Assembly: GCA_014905635.1 (NCBI GenBank)
Contig: JABVCE010000009.1
Coordinates: forward strand, 558,001 to 622,000
Length of the DNA: 64,000 nucleotides
Direction: 5' to 3'
DNA from: Scenedesmus sp. PABB004
Taxonomy: Eukaryota
The notes below the pieces were generated by a model. It searched no databases. It was given only the letters and a program-made list of their open reading frames with translations, and was not told the DNA's origin. How positions within the stretch are numbered: position 1 is the stretch's first letter; every line of letters begins with the position of its first letter. The position numbers and the translations under genes are program-made. This document shows, one piece after another, positions 24,189 to 36,083 of the stretch.

Positions 24189-27100
24189 ATGGCGGTCCTC
24201 GCGCTGCTGGCGACGCTTTTGGTGGCCAGCGCGGGCGCTGCGGCGGCCCAGGGCGACGGGGGGCTGCCCCGCTACCTTGGCTACCCGCACTGCAGCGTCC
24301 TGGGCGAGGCGCTGGCGCGGGATTACTGCCTGACCTACATAAACAGCGACGCCAGCGACGTCAAGTGGACCACCGCGGTCGCATGGGCCCGCTATCGCCC
24401 CGGCGCCTGTGAGCCCGCCGCCCCGCTCGCCAGCGGGGGCCCCTCGCGGCGCGCACTGTGCCCTGAGGCCGCCAGCTACGCGCGGTCGTTCACCCCGTCC
24501 GCACGCGGGGGCGCCTCCGCCGCGCGCGCCGCAGTCTCGTGCGCCAACATCACGGCGTACTGCCTCGTCGCGGACATGCGCTCCGAGAGGTTTGGCAGCA
24601 GCTGCACGCCCTCCCCGGACGGCGCGCCCTGCGAGCGCGGCGAACGCGGCACCGGCAGCTGCTTCCGGGGACTCTGCGGCGGTGCGCGCGACGCCGCGCG
24701 GCGGCAGCGGCGCGCTGCTGCCGGGCCGCGCACCGCCATGCGCGCGCGCGCGTCGCCGGCGCCCGCGGCGGCGGCGCGCCTGGCGGTTGCTGGCGGCGCG
24801 GGGCCCGCGCGGCGCGCGTTCCCAGCGGCGGGCGTCACGCGTGGCAGCGGCCTCGTCAACCGCGCCGGGCACGCCCGCCGCGCGCGCAGACCCCGACCAG
24901 GTCGCGATCGACATGCTGCTCGCGGCGGACGGCCTCGCGCCGACGTACGTCGCGGAGGGCCGCCCCGGCGGCGACCGCGCGGCCGGCGCGGCGCAGCAGC
25001 AGTTTGCGCAGCAGGCGCCGCCCGCGCCGCCGGCGCCCCCGTGCCGCCCGCGCCGGGCGACCCGGATGAATACAACTACGACTACGGCGACGTCGTGGGC
25101 GGCAGCGGGAGCAGCGGCTTGACCAGCGGCGGAGGGACCACCGGCGGCGGCGGGGCCGGCGGCGGCGCGACGAGCAGTGGCGGGACGAGCGGCGGCGGCG
25201 GGACCGGCGGCGGCGCCGACCCCTACGGCCTGGGCATCGCGCTGCCGCCAAACCCCAAGATCGACGACCCCTTTGCGCCCGCGCCGCCGCCGGCGCCCGC
25301 GCCCGCGCCGCCGGCGCCGCCGCCGCCGCGCGTGGTGACGCGCGCGCAGCTGACGATGGACATTCAGCCCGACGCGTTCGTCGGCGCCGTGCCTGCCAGC
25401 TTCCTGGGCATCTCCCGCGAGTGGACGCCCGCCGTCTACTGGGACCGCAACCTGCCGGCCTTTGGCGCGATCTTCGACGCCCTCGGCCCCGCGCCCGTCG
25501 TGCGCATCGGCGGCGCGACGCAGGAGGCGCTGCTGCGGGTGCGGCGGCGCCGGCAGCGGGGCGCGCGGCGGCGGGCGCAACGGCCGCGGACGCGGCAGCA
25601 GCAGCAGTCGCAGCAGCAGCAGTCGCAGCCGGGTCGGCGGCAGCCCTCACCGCCGCCGCACCCGCGCCGCCCGCCCGCGCGCCGCCGGCGCAGGCGCCCA
25701 ACTCGACGTTCCTGTCGAGCCTCGTGACGCTGCACTGCGCGCTCGGCATGCGCTACATCGTGGGCCTCCCCCTCTTCCAGAACGCGCCGCAGCTCTCGCT
25801 CGCGGTCAAGGCCGCGTTCGACGCCGCGTTCAAGGACTACCCCTACGCGGTGCTGAGCTACGAGCTCGGCAACGAGCCCAACTACTGGCCCGGCACCAAG
25901 GAGGGCGGGTTCACGCCGATCAAGGGCGCGACCAAGTGCATGCCGGTCGACTACAACAACCCCGCCGCGACGCTCGTCGGCACGATCGACACCCCGACCG
26001 ACCGCCCCGGCGGCGTGGACGGGTTTGCGCTGTACAAGGCCTACGACGAGCCCTACGTCCCGTACAAGGCCTCCGCGTACTGCTTCACGCCAGAGGCGGT
26101 GCTCTTCGTGCCGGGCGTGGTGCGCGCCGCGCCGCGCGGGACGGGGAGCGGCCGCACGCGGCCGCGGCGCCTGCACGCGCGGCGCGCCCCTCGCACGGCG
26201 CGGCGCGCGGCTCACGCGCGCGCGCGCGCGCACGCGCGCGCCGCCGCGCCCCCGCAGGACAGCTATCAGTCCTACTTTGCCCGCTCCGCGCGCACGCTCA
26301 CCGGCTGCGGCGGCGGGCCGACGAGCGACCTGCAGTCGCTGTGGGGCAGCCCCTACTGGGGGCCGCCGGGGTTCAACCGCCAGGTCCTGTCGGGGCCGGC
26401 GTGGGGCGACTTCAGCAGCTTCAGCACGCAGAGCCTCGCCACCTTCCTGAAGAACAGCGACTCGTGAGCGCCGCGCCGCAGCGCCGGCGCGGCGGCTGGG
26501 CGCCCCGCCAGCGCGCAGCGCGCGCGCGCGCGCGCGCGCGCGCCGGCGGCCCGCCGACCGCCGCCGCCCGCCGCGCCCGCCAACAACCAACCCCACCACC
26601 GCCGCGCCAGGTGCTACCTGCAGGAGGTGACGATGCACTACTACGGCCCCAACCGCAACTCCACGTTCGAGGCGCTCTTCTCCAAGCTCACAGGCCTGCC
26701 CAACCCCACGCAGCCGGTCGGGCCGACGAACAAGGCGCTCATCAGCATCGTGCGCGACTACGTCGACGCGGCGCGCCTCGCCAACGTCGGGCTGCGCGTG
26801 TCGGAGGCCAACTCCATCCCCGACGGCGGGCAGGGCGGCCTGAGCAACACGCTCGGCGCGGCGCTGTGGACGCTCGTGACGTCGATGGAGTTTGCGCGCG
26901 CCGGCGTGAGCGGCATCAACTACCACTGGTGCGCGCCGCACCGCGCGCCGCCACGCAGTGCAGCGCCACGCAGCGCGCGCGCCCTCACGCGCGCGCCGCG
27001 CCTGCACCCCGCAGGGGCAACGGCGGCACGCTCGACCCGCGGCGCGCGCCGGCGTACATCGGCGTGCAGACGATGTTTGAGGGCGGCGACCCAGCGCGGC

Positions 27101-28458
27101 CGTACCCGTCGCCGCGCGTGCCGTGGTACGGGTACGTGCTCTTCTCACGCGCGCTCGGCGGCAACGGCCCCGGCCTCTTCCTGAACGCCTCGACCAACGC
27201 GCTGGGCCAGGGCGCGATCTGCCGCGACTTCCTCTACCCCTACGCCCTGCTCGTGCCGCACGCGGGGCTGATCAGCGTCGTCGTCGCCAACGCAAACCCC
27301 AACGTGACCTGCGACTTCACCGCGACGCTGCCGGGCGTCATCACGACCGCGGGCACGCTGCAGCGCCTGGTCGGCCCCGCCGGCATGGACAGCGTGCCGG
27401 GCGTGACGCTCGCGGGGCAGACGTACGAGCGCACGTCGGACGGCCGCATGCGCGGCGAGTTTGCGCCCGAGGTCGTCCAGCCCCACCAGGAGACGATCCG
27501 CACGACCGGCTGGACCTTTGCCGTGCCGGCGGGCTCGGCGGCGCTGCTGCAGATCCCGCTCGCCGGCGGCGCGACCGCCGGCGTGGGCGTGCCGCCGGCG
27601 ACGGCCGACCTCGTGCCCGGCGGCACGCAGGCGGCGGTGCCCATCGACGCGGCGCCCTGGGCGCCGCCGCAGGGCATGGACCCGCCGCCCGCGGCGGCGC
27701 CCGACGCCGCCGCGCTCGGCGGCGCGCCGGGCGGCGGCGGCGCGCCGGGCGCCGCGCCGCCGCAGCCCGGCGGCGCGCCGGGCGGCGCGGCCCTGCAGCA
27801 GGCGGCGGGCGCGCCGGCGCCGGGGCAGTTTGCGGCGGGCTCCGGTGAGTTTGTGCTCAAGGGCCATGCCGCCGACGGCAGCCCCATCTATTCCTGGCGG
27901 GCCGCGGCGGGGGCGGCCGGCAGCGCCCCGCCGGGCGGCAACGCGCGCGTCGGCGCGGCGCCGCCGAGCGCCGGCGCCGGCGCCGCTGGCGGCGGCCGGC
28001 CGGGCGGCGGCCTCGGCGGCCTGCTGGGCGGCCTGCTCGGCCGCGGCCGCTCGCTGCTGGCCGTGCCGCGCGTGCTGCCGCGGCGCGTGCGCGCGCTGCT
28101 GCAGCTCGGGGAGCAGCCGGGGCTGGGCCCGGTCGGCGGGTCGCTCGCCTGGGACCCCGCGCCGGGCGCGGCGCCGGAGTACCTGCGCCCACACGCAGCG
28201 GTCGCGCCCGCGTCGGCGGCGGCGGCGTGGGCCGCGCCCGCGCTGCCGGGGCTGGGCCGCGTGTGGCCGCCGAGGGACAACAGCTCGGTCATGGCCGTGG
28301 GGCAGTACGGGCTGGGCGGGTACACGCTGCTGCCGCCGGGCTACGACCGCGCCGCCGTGGCGCGCGCCGCCGCGACGTGCCCCGGCATCGCGCGCATCAT
28401 GCAGATCCAGGCCCTCTCCGGCGACGGGCAGCGGCGCCGCGCGGCGCAGCGGCGCTGA
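24189..28458 (+). CDS. Secreted glycoside hydrolase family 79-like protein (beta-glucuronidase/heparanase fold) with Cys-rich N-terminal module and Gly/Pro-rich linkers
   Basis: Signal peptide MAVLALLATLLVASAGAAAAQ, then FLGISREW, VVRIGG, YELGNEPNYW (acid/base), LRVSEANS..GLSNTLGAALW (nucleophile), GINYHW, PWYG and GVTLAGQTY. Apparent 1-nt frameshift near 25035. Confidence 0.85.
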
Positions 28459-28733
28459 GGGCGCTGCGTGGCCTGCGCCGCGGCGGCCGTCACGCGGCTT
28501 TGACTCGCGTTGACCCTCACCCTCGCATCCTTCCTTGCACGCGCTGCACCCATTTTTCCCCCGTGCGATGCAGTCGCGCTGCAACGCGTGCACTCACATT
28601 CATTCATTCTTGCTCGCTCGCCCGCCGCCGAGGCGCACAAGGCTCCGGCGCTGCTGTCGCCGCGCAGGCGCTGCCATGCGCCCTGCCGCCTGGCAGCTGT
28701 AACGGTCGGCTTCCCAACCCGCACCCCTGCGGC

Positions 28734-31700
28734 ATGGACTCACCGGAGGAGGCGGCGGCGGCGGCCGCGCTCGCCGCGCTGTCGAAGTGGTGCGCCGCCC
28801 CTGCCTCGCCGCCGCGCGAGCCCCGGCGCGCCCCAAGTTCAAGCGCCCCCGCTTCCACCTCCACAGGCCGCACGAGCGCAGCGTGGCGGAGGCGCACGCC
28901 CTGGCAGCGCACCTGGCGGCGGGGCGCCTCGTCGCTCTCGAGCCCGGTGCGCAGCCGTTCTGTGCCGGCATGGCGCCGCAGGCCGTCGCTCGGCTGGCAG
29001 GACTCTTGGGTGAGGCCAGGGAGCTGCTGCCAGCAGGGGAGAGCGTCGGCGCTGGGCGCGCGCTGCCGAACGCCCGCCGCGCGCGCGTGCCGCAGGCCAC
29101 GCAGCCGTGGAGGAGGGCGCGGCCCTCTTCCGGCAGGGCCAGTCCGGCGACCGCATGTGAGCTGCCGGCGGCGCCCGCTCGCGCGGCCAGCCCGCACGCG
29201 GCGGGCCGCGGCGCGGCCGCCACGCTGCGCGCGAGCTGAGCTGGGCGTCGCGCCCCGGCGCGGCACGCCGCAGGTTCATCGTGCTGCGGGGCTACTGCGC
29301 TGTGCTCAAGGCGCCGCTGCTGGAGCCTGACGGCAACCCAGCCGGCACGGCGGCGGCGCCCGCGAGGTCGCGCCGCGCGACGCTCGAGGCGCAGTCGCAC
29401 GCGTTCGCGCTCGCGACGGCGGTGCCGCCGGGCCAGCTCCACGATGCGGCGGGCACGCTGCCCGGCGCCAGCTCGCGTCGCGCCACTGCCGAGGCGCCCC
29501 CTGGCGGCGGGGCGGGGTCGCGGCGCACCACGGGCGGCTCGCGCCGCGCGACCGGAGAGCAGGCGGGCCCGCTGCTGGGCGGTGAGCTCGCCGGGCGCGG
29601 CTGCATGGCGGGCACTGCGCTCCACCAGCCCGCCCCTCGAGCAGTGCCTGCGCTCTGCCAGCACACGCGCGCACCTGGCGCCGCCCGCAGAGCCGGCGCA
29701 CGTGGGCTGGGTCAGCGTGGGCCAGGCGTGCGGCGAGGCGGCGGTGCTGGGTGGGACCAGGCCGCACCCGGTCAGCGTGGTCGCCGGCGACGGTGGCGTC
29801 GAGCTCGCCGTGCTTGAGCGCAGCGCCTGGGCCAGGCTGCAGGCGGCCGCGGCGGCGCACGATGTGGGGCCGCAGCACGCGCGCGGCGGCCTGGCCAGGA
29901 GGCCCGCCGCCCTCCGCGCTCACGCCAGGCGCCGCCGCCGCTGCCGCCGCCGCGGCAGGCCGAGGCGGGCGCGACGGTGCAAGCTGTCCTGGCGGCCGCC
30001 GCGCGCCCGCTGCTGGCGGTGCCGCCGGGCCAGCGCGGCGCTGACGAGCTGGCCCTGCTCGCCGAGCTGCTGGGCGGGCTGGACGCGCTGCGCGCGCTGC
30101 CCGCACCCGTGCTGGCCAAGCTCGCGCGCTCCTGCGAGGCGGTCGCCCTGCCCACCGGCGCGGTCGTGTGCCGGGAGGACGAGCCGGGCGACGCCATGTT
30201 CGTTCTGCTGCAGGGGGCGTGCGAGGTGCGCGCCCGGCCGCTGGCCCCGTTGCCCGCCGGCCAGCCCGGCGCCGAGCCCGCCAGCGACGGCGGCGGCTGC
30301 CGTGTTGCGGCGGTCAACGCCGCAGCGGCGCGAGTCGACCCGCAGCACGCGGCCGGCGGGGCGGCCACGGAGCACGGCGCAGCCATGGCGACGCCCACGC
30401 CGCTCGGCGCGCGACGCACGACGTGGGAGGGTGCGGCGTTCACGGCCGCCGAGCAGGCGCGGCTGGAGGCGGTGCAAGCGGTGCTGGAAGCGGACCGCGC
30501 GAGTGCCGCGGGGCAGGGCGGCGGTGCCTGCGCGCCGCCGGCTGCCGGTGCGCCGCGCGGGGCCGCGGCGGTGGAGCGCGACGGCGTCTACTGGACGGCG
30601 CAGTTCATGGCCAGCGCCGTGGCGACCGCGGAGGCGTCAGACCCGCACTGGGGCACCAACGGCGGGCTCACGCCACTCGCCGCCGCCTTTGCGGCGCGCT
30701 GGCGCGAGCAGGTCAGGCTGCAGGCCGCCAACAGGCATGCCGCGCAGGCGCAGGAGGGCGCGGCAGGCGAGGCGGACCGCGAGGCCGCGGCGATGGACGA
30801 GCTCCTGGGCAAGGCGGCGGCCAGGGTGTGGAGGGCCGCCCGCGACGCCGCCGCCGCGGCCGCCGCCGGCGCCGGCGCTGGCGCCGGCGCCACTGGCGGC
30901 GGCACAGACGGCGGCACAGACGGCCCCGGCGCCACCACCGCGCAGCAGGCCACGCCGCCAAACGCTGCGGCGCAGGACGCCGCGCTCGGGCGCGATGGGC
31001 CCGGCGCTGGGGCCAGCGCCGCTGTCACGCCGCCGCAGCCGCTTCGCGGCGCGGCCGACGACCCGGCGACGGCGGCGGGGCTGCTCGCGGCGGCGGCGGC
31101 GGCGGCGCCGAGCGCGGCCGAGGCTCTCAAACTGCAGCTCGCGGCGCTGGGCGTGCGCGACCCGGCCGACGTGAGCCGGCGGCTGCTCGCCGAGGTGGGC
31201 GCGCGCGCCGACCTGGAGGGCCTGCTGGCGGGTGTGGCGTCGCTGCTGGAGCGGCGGGGGCTGCCGCGCCGGCTGAGCCGCAAGGGGAGCCTGAAGATCA
31301 CGCGCGAGCTCAACAGGCGGTGCGTGCTGGGACTGCAGACGGAGGGACTGCTGCGCTGGCTGGCCGCCTCGTGCGGTGAGCTCACGCCTCGAGGCACGAC
31401 GCGCCGCAGGATTCTGGGCGGCGCGTCTTGCAAGGGCTGGGGCGGCGACGGCGCGTGCAGCGGAGGCGCGCAGCCGGGCGGCTGGGCTGGCGACGGCGAC
31501 GGCGGCGCCGCGGCCGCGGCCAGACCGAGCGGCGCGGGCGCGGCGCCAGCGGTCGACGGCGGCAGCGAGCTGGCCGCCGAGGCGACCGGGCTGTCGTCGA
31601 GCTGCGACTGGCGCAGCAGCCTGGACTGCTCGGAGGCCGCCAGCAGCCTGTGCTCGAGCCTCGACGCCGACACCGGCGCGGTCGGCGAGCGCAGCCCGCA

Positions 31701-33877
31701 CGGCAGGGGGGTGGGTGCTCGCGCGCAGCGGCAGCGGCAGCGGCGCCGCGCCCGGCGGCGCCGCGCAGCTGAGCGAGGAGGAGGCCGAGCAGTTTGGGCC
31801 GGTCATTTGTGCTCTTGCGCCGGGAGAAAGTTTTGGCGAGCTCGCGCTGCTCCAGCGAGGCGCAGCGCGCACCGCGACCGTGCTCGTCGCGCCCGCGGGC
31901 GTGAGTGCGATGCTGCTGCGCATCAGCCGCAGCGTGCACGACGCGACGGTGCGCTCCCTGCAGGTGCGGCGGCGGCTGCAACCGCAGGGGCGTGGTGGGG
32001 CCAGGGGATAGGTCGACAGGCCAGTGCCGGGTGGCCGGCCCTGGTGTCCAGCTGGCCGCCGCGCGCGCACACACAGGTCGCGGCACTGGAGGAGCTGCTC
32101 ACCTTCCTTGGCGGCGTGGCGCCCTTCGCCGGGCTGCCGCGCGAGGCGCTGACCGCCCTCGCCGTGTTTGCGCGCCCGCTGCGCGTCGGCGCCGGCGCGC
32201 TGCTCGCGGCTGCGGGCGAGCGGGCCGACAGCCTCATCATAATCCAGGTGCGGCGAGCCTGCCGAGCGGAGCTGCCGGCGGGCTGGCTGGCCGCGTGGTC
32301 GGCGGCCAGCTGCGGCTGGCCGGGGCGCGAGCCCCCGCGCCGCGGCTGCAGCTGGCCCCGCCCGACTCGCAAGCCCCGCTGACCATGCCGAGGGCGCGGC
32401 GCGTCGCAGGAGGGGGAGGTCAAGCTGCTGGACTGCCAGGGCTGCGGGCCGCTGCCGAGGGCGCGGCGCCCCACCGCGGACGAGCTGCTGCTCGGCGCAG
32501 GGCAGCGCGCCGGCGGCGGCGCGCGGCAGGGCAGTGCCGGCGCCCGCGCGCTCATCCGTCAGCTCAGCGGCCCCGCCGCCGCCGGCGGGCAGGCCGCGCC
32601 TGGCAACGCGGGGACAGGCGATGCCACCGCCGCCGGCGGCCGCCTGAGCGCGCTATCGCTGGTCCGGCTGCAGCACGGCGCCGCGCCGCTCGCGGTGCTG
32701 GGTCCCGGCAGCATCATCGGCGAGGCCGTGCTGGGCTATGACGCCGACCAGGTGCGCCGGGCACCGGGGTCTCCTGGAGGGGGGCAGCCCACCAGCCCTG
32801 CGCACCAGCGGTGCGCACCAGCGGTGCGCACCAGCGGTGCGCACCAGCGGTGCGCAGGGCTCACGCCGCGCGCCTCCGCCGCCGCCGCCGCGCGCAGGAC
32901 CCGCTCGCGGCGGTGGCGGCCGCGCGGCCGCACGCGGCGCGCCAGGCGGCGGCCGCGGACGCTGCGTGCACGCACCTCGCCATCGCGGTGGCCGCGCGGC
33001 CCTGCAGGCTGCTGGTGCTGAGCGCCGAGGGGCTGCGCCGCTTTGGTCGGCGCGTGCGCGGCCCGCTCGCCGCGGCGGCCGTGGAGCGCCGCCGCTTCCT
33101 GCAGGCTCGCCGCGCGGCGCTGCAGGTGGGGCGGCGGCGGCGGCTGCGTGGCCGGCACTGCGGGTGCGCAGCGCAGCCGGGGCGAGCTCGACGCCCGCCG
33201 CCTGCACCGCCGCGCAGGGCACCAAGGGCGCGCTGGCCGGCCTCGTCAGCGACCTGCGCGCACAGCTCGCGGCCGGCCCCGCGGCGGCCGCCGGCGCTGG
33301 TGCCGGCCCGGCGAGCCCGGCGAGCTGCCCGTTGGCGGCCAGCCGCGGCGACGGCGCGCGCACGGCCGCCATCTCTCAGCGGCCGTCCCTCTGCTGCGCC
33401 CTCGGCGCGAGCGGGGCCGGCCTCGGCGCGGCGCGGCCGCCGCCTCGCGGCGCGACGCTGGCCAGCTCGGGCGCCATCCCCTCGGCGGCGATGTTGCGCC
33501 TCAGCAGCACTGGCTGCGGTGGTGGCGCGCGGCCGGCGTCGGCGGCGATGCAGTGGCAGCAGGCGCGGTGGGCGCAGGCGGCGTTCGGCGAGCTGCGGGC
33601 GCCCGCACAGACGGCGGCGCTGGGCCGCACCGAGGTGGCGCGCCTGACGCAGCTTGTGCCGGGCGCGCAACCGCCGTGCGTGAGCGAGCTTGCAGCTGCT
33701 GCGCGCACACTCCCGCTCGGAGCGCTCGGCGCGTCAGCCGCGCCCGCCCCTGGCAGCCCGGGCGAGCGCAGCCAGCTGGCGCCCCCGGCCGCGGCGGCGG
33801 CGGCTGAGCCGGAGGCGCCCTGCTGGACGGCGGGCCCGGGCGGGCGCACCGTGGCGGCGTCCTGCGGCCGTGGGTGA
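28734..33877 (+). CDS. Multi cyclic-nucleotide-binding (cNMP) domain protein, CNBD-like
   Basis: KPHERS..FCAGM, VVCREDEPGDAMFVLLQGACEV, ALAPGESFGELALLQRGAARTATV, GERADSLIIIQEGEV and VLGPGSIIGE are repeated cNMP-binding motifs. Exon structure partly uncertain. Confidence 0.75.
32800..32856. repeat. 13-bp tandem repeat (GCGCACCAGCGGT) x4 in an intron
   Basis: Visible directly. Confidence 0.9.
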
Positions 33878-34101
33878 GGCGGCGTGCCGGCGGGGCCCCG
33901 GTGCTGCCAGAGGGCCGCGTCTTGCGTGCGCCCAGCCAACCTGCCGCTCGCTCCCACGCAGGGCGCCGCTGGGGCGGCAGCTGTCGGCAGCGCTCAGCGA
34001 AGCATCGTCCGAGGCATGAGCCGGGCCCGGTGCCAGCGCGCGGCGTCCCGGGGCGGGCGCGGTGCGCCGTGGCATCGGGGCGATGTGTGCGGGGGTGGGC
34101 C

Positions 34102-34752
34102 GTGCAAGCTCGCCAAGGCTGCGCTCTGCGTGCGAGCGGACCGCTCTCGCGGCGCGCGCGCGGCCCGCCGGCAGAGAGCGCGGCGCCGCCCGGCTGCGGC
34201 CTTCCAAGCTACCAGTGAGCGCCCCTGCGGGCTGCGGCGTCTGCTCCCGCGCGGCTCGCCGCCGCCGGCCGCCGGTCGCCCCGCCGCCGCGGGCCGCGCA
34301 GCTCGCTCGCCCATCGTGCGGCGCGCCCTCGTGTCGCGTAGGAGCTCACGAGCTGCGCCGCGGCCGCGCAGCGCCCGCGGCGCGCCCGCAATTGCCTGCC
34401 GCGCTGGCGCCCAGCGCGGCACCGCACCCGCCGCGCCGCGCTTGCCGGGACGCAGGGCCAGCCGGGCCCGCGACGCTGCCGCCGTCTGCACCCGCGCCCG
34501 CGAACGAGCCGGTCCTTGAGCTGCGGTTCTCGGCGCGCGGCCCCGCCGCGACCCTGCCGCCCAGCGGGCGGTGCCGCGCCCAGTTTTCTCGCGCGCTCGG
34601 CCCGCCCGCGACCTGCGGCCCCCATGAGCCAGCCCAGCCGCGCACCAACACACGCCCAGCCCGGCCAGCGGACCGCCCGCGCGCGAGCCGCCGCCCCACG
34701 AGACGCCACGCCGGCGCCAGGTGCGGGCGGCGCGGGCGGGGGAGGCGCGGGG
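34102..34752 (+). repeat. Long inverted repeat, left arm (partner 38266-38895)
   Basis: Reverse complement of 38266-38895; for example CCTTCCAAGCTACCAGTGAGCGCC here versus GGCGCTCACTGGTAGCTTGGAAGG near 38780-38803. Confidence 0.95.
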
Positions 34753-34993
34753 CGGGGGCGGCTCGCGTGCGCCGCGTGTGTGTGTTACTCCGCCGCCGCG
34801 TGGTCTCACGATGAGAGACTGCCGGCCTGGGAGCCGGCGTGGAGCAAGCAGTCCTGCAAGCACGCCGCCGTTGCGCAGCCTGCCCCGCGTGCCCCGCCGT
34901 CGCGGCATGCGTTCGGGCGCGCGCTGGCGGCCCCGCCGCCGCCCGGGCAGGCGGGCCCGTCCGCTGCGCTGGCTGGTGAACGAACGAACGATC

Positions 34994-35007
34994 CATCATC
35001 ATCCACC

Positions 35008-35035
<28 letters not shown>
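34994..35035. repeat. (CAT)n microsatellite
   Basis: Visible directly; probably in the GATA 3' region. Confidence 0.9.
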
Positions 35036-35038
<3 letters not shown>

Positions 35039-36083
35039 CACCAGACTCTGCGCGGAGCTTCTTGTACATGCGCGGCGGCGGCGCGGCGCGCCCGCGCGCA
35101 GCAGCCCGCCGCCCGCCCGCGCCCGAATGCAAGAGATGCGCCGCCGCCGCGGCGCGCGGGCTGTGTGTGTGTATTCGTGTGCATGCGTGTTCGTGGTGGC
35201 GGTGTGTGTGTGTGGGTGCGCGCGCGCGGCGCGGCCCGTGCCTGCGCGGCAGGGCCGGCCATCCCTCGTGAGACGTCGCAAACCTCTCTCTCTCTCCATG
35301 GATGGCAGCGCGCGGGCGGCGCGCGCGGGCGCGGTCGCGCCGCGCGGCTGCCGCCGCTCCGTGGCCGTCGCTCGTTGGTGGTACACGGCGGGCGGCCGGC
35401 GAGGGGCGTCCTCCTCCTCCTCCTCCTCTAGCCAAAATCAGGCGGGGGCGCGCGGGCGATGCGCCCGTGCGGCCCCCGCGCGCAGGTGGGGCCGGCGCTG
35501 TCTGTGCGCGGCGGGCGAATCGTGCCCGGCCGGGCCGCCATCCCCAAAGAGCGGAGCCTCAACGCAAGATGTGCGCGCCAGGCGGCCCGCGCCACGGCTG
35601 GGCGCGCGCAGAAGCAGGCAGGCAGCGCCCCGTCCCTATCAAATAGAACCGCGTTCCCCGCGCGCGCGCGGCGGCGGGGCGGCCGCCGCCCGGGCCGGCT
35701 CCCCGCCGCCGCGCGCGCGCCGCAGCGGCTTCTAGGGCGCAACGATCACACACACATTCACAGCAGCAGCGGCCATCAACACCCACCGACCGAGCAGCAC
35801 ACACGCGCGCGCAGGGAGAGCAGGGAACGAGCCAGGTCAGGCGTGCAGGCGCGGCCCGCGCGCGCGGCGCGGGCGCGCGGCCTGGTGCGTTATCATCTAT
35901 CGTACAGGCGGGCCGGGCCATGTCCCAGCCAACGCGTGCCACTGCGTGGCGTGGCGGGCGCGCCGCGCGCGCGGCGGCGCGCGGGGGCCCGGCCGAACGA
36001 AATGGGCGTCCGCGCGAGGGGCGGCGGTGCGAGCAGCGCACAATGCGGGCGCGCGGCCGCGCCGGCGGTGGCCGCGCGCGGCG

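Noticed and set aside
34990..35040. Poly-His, poly-Asp or poly-Ile ORFs
   Set aside because: They are translations of a (CAT)n microsatellite with no supporting gene structure.
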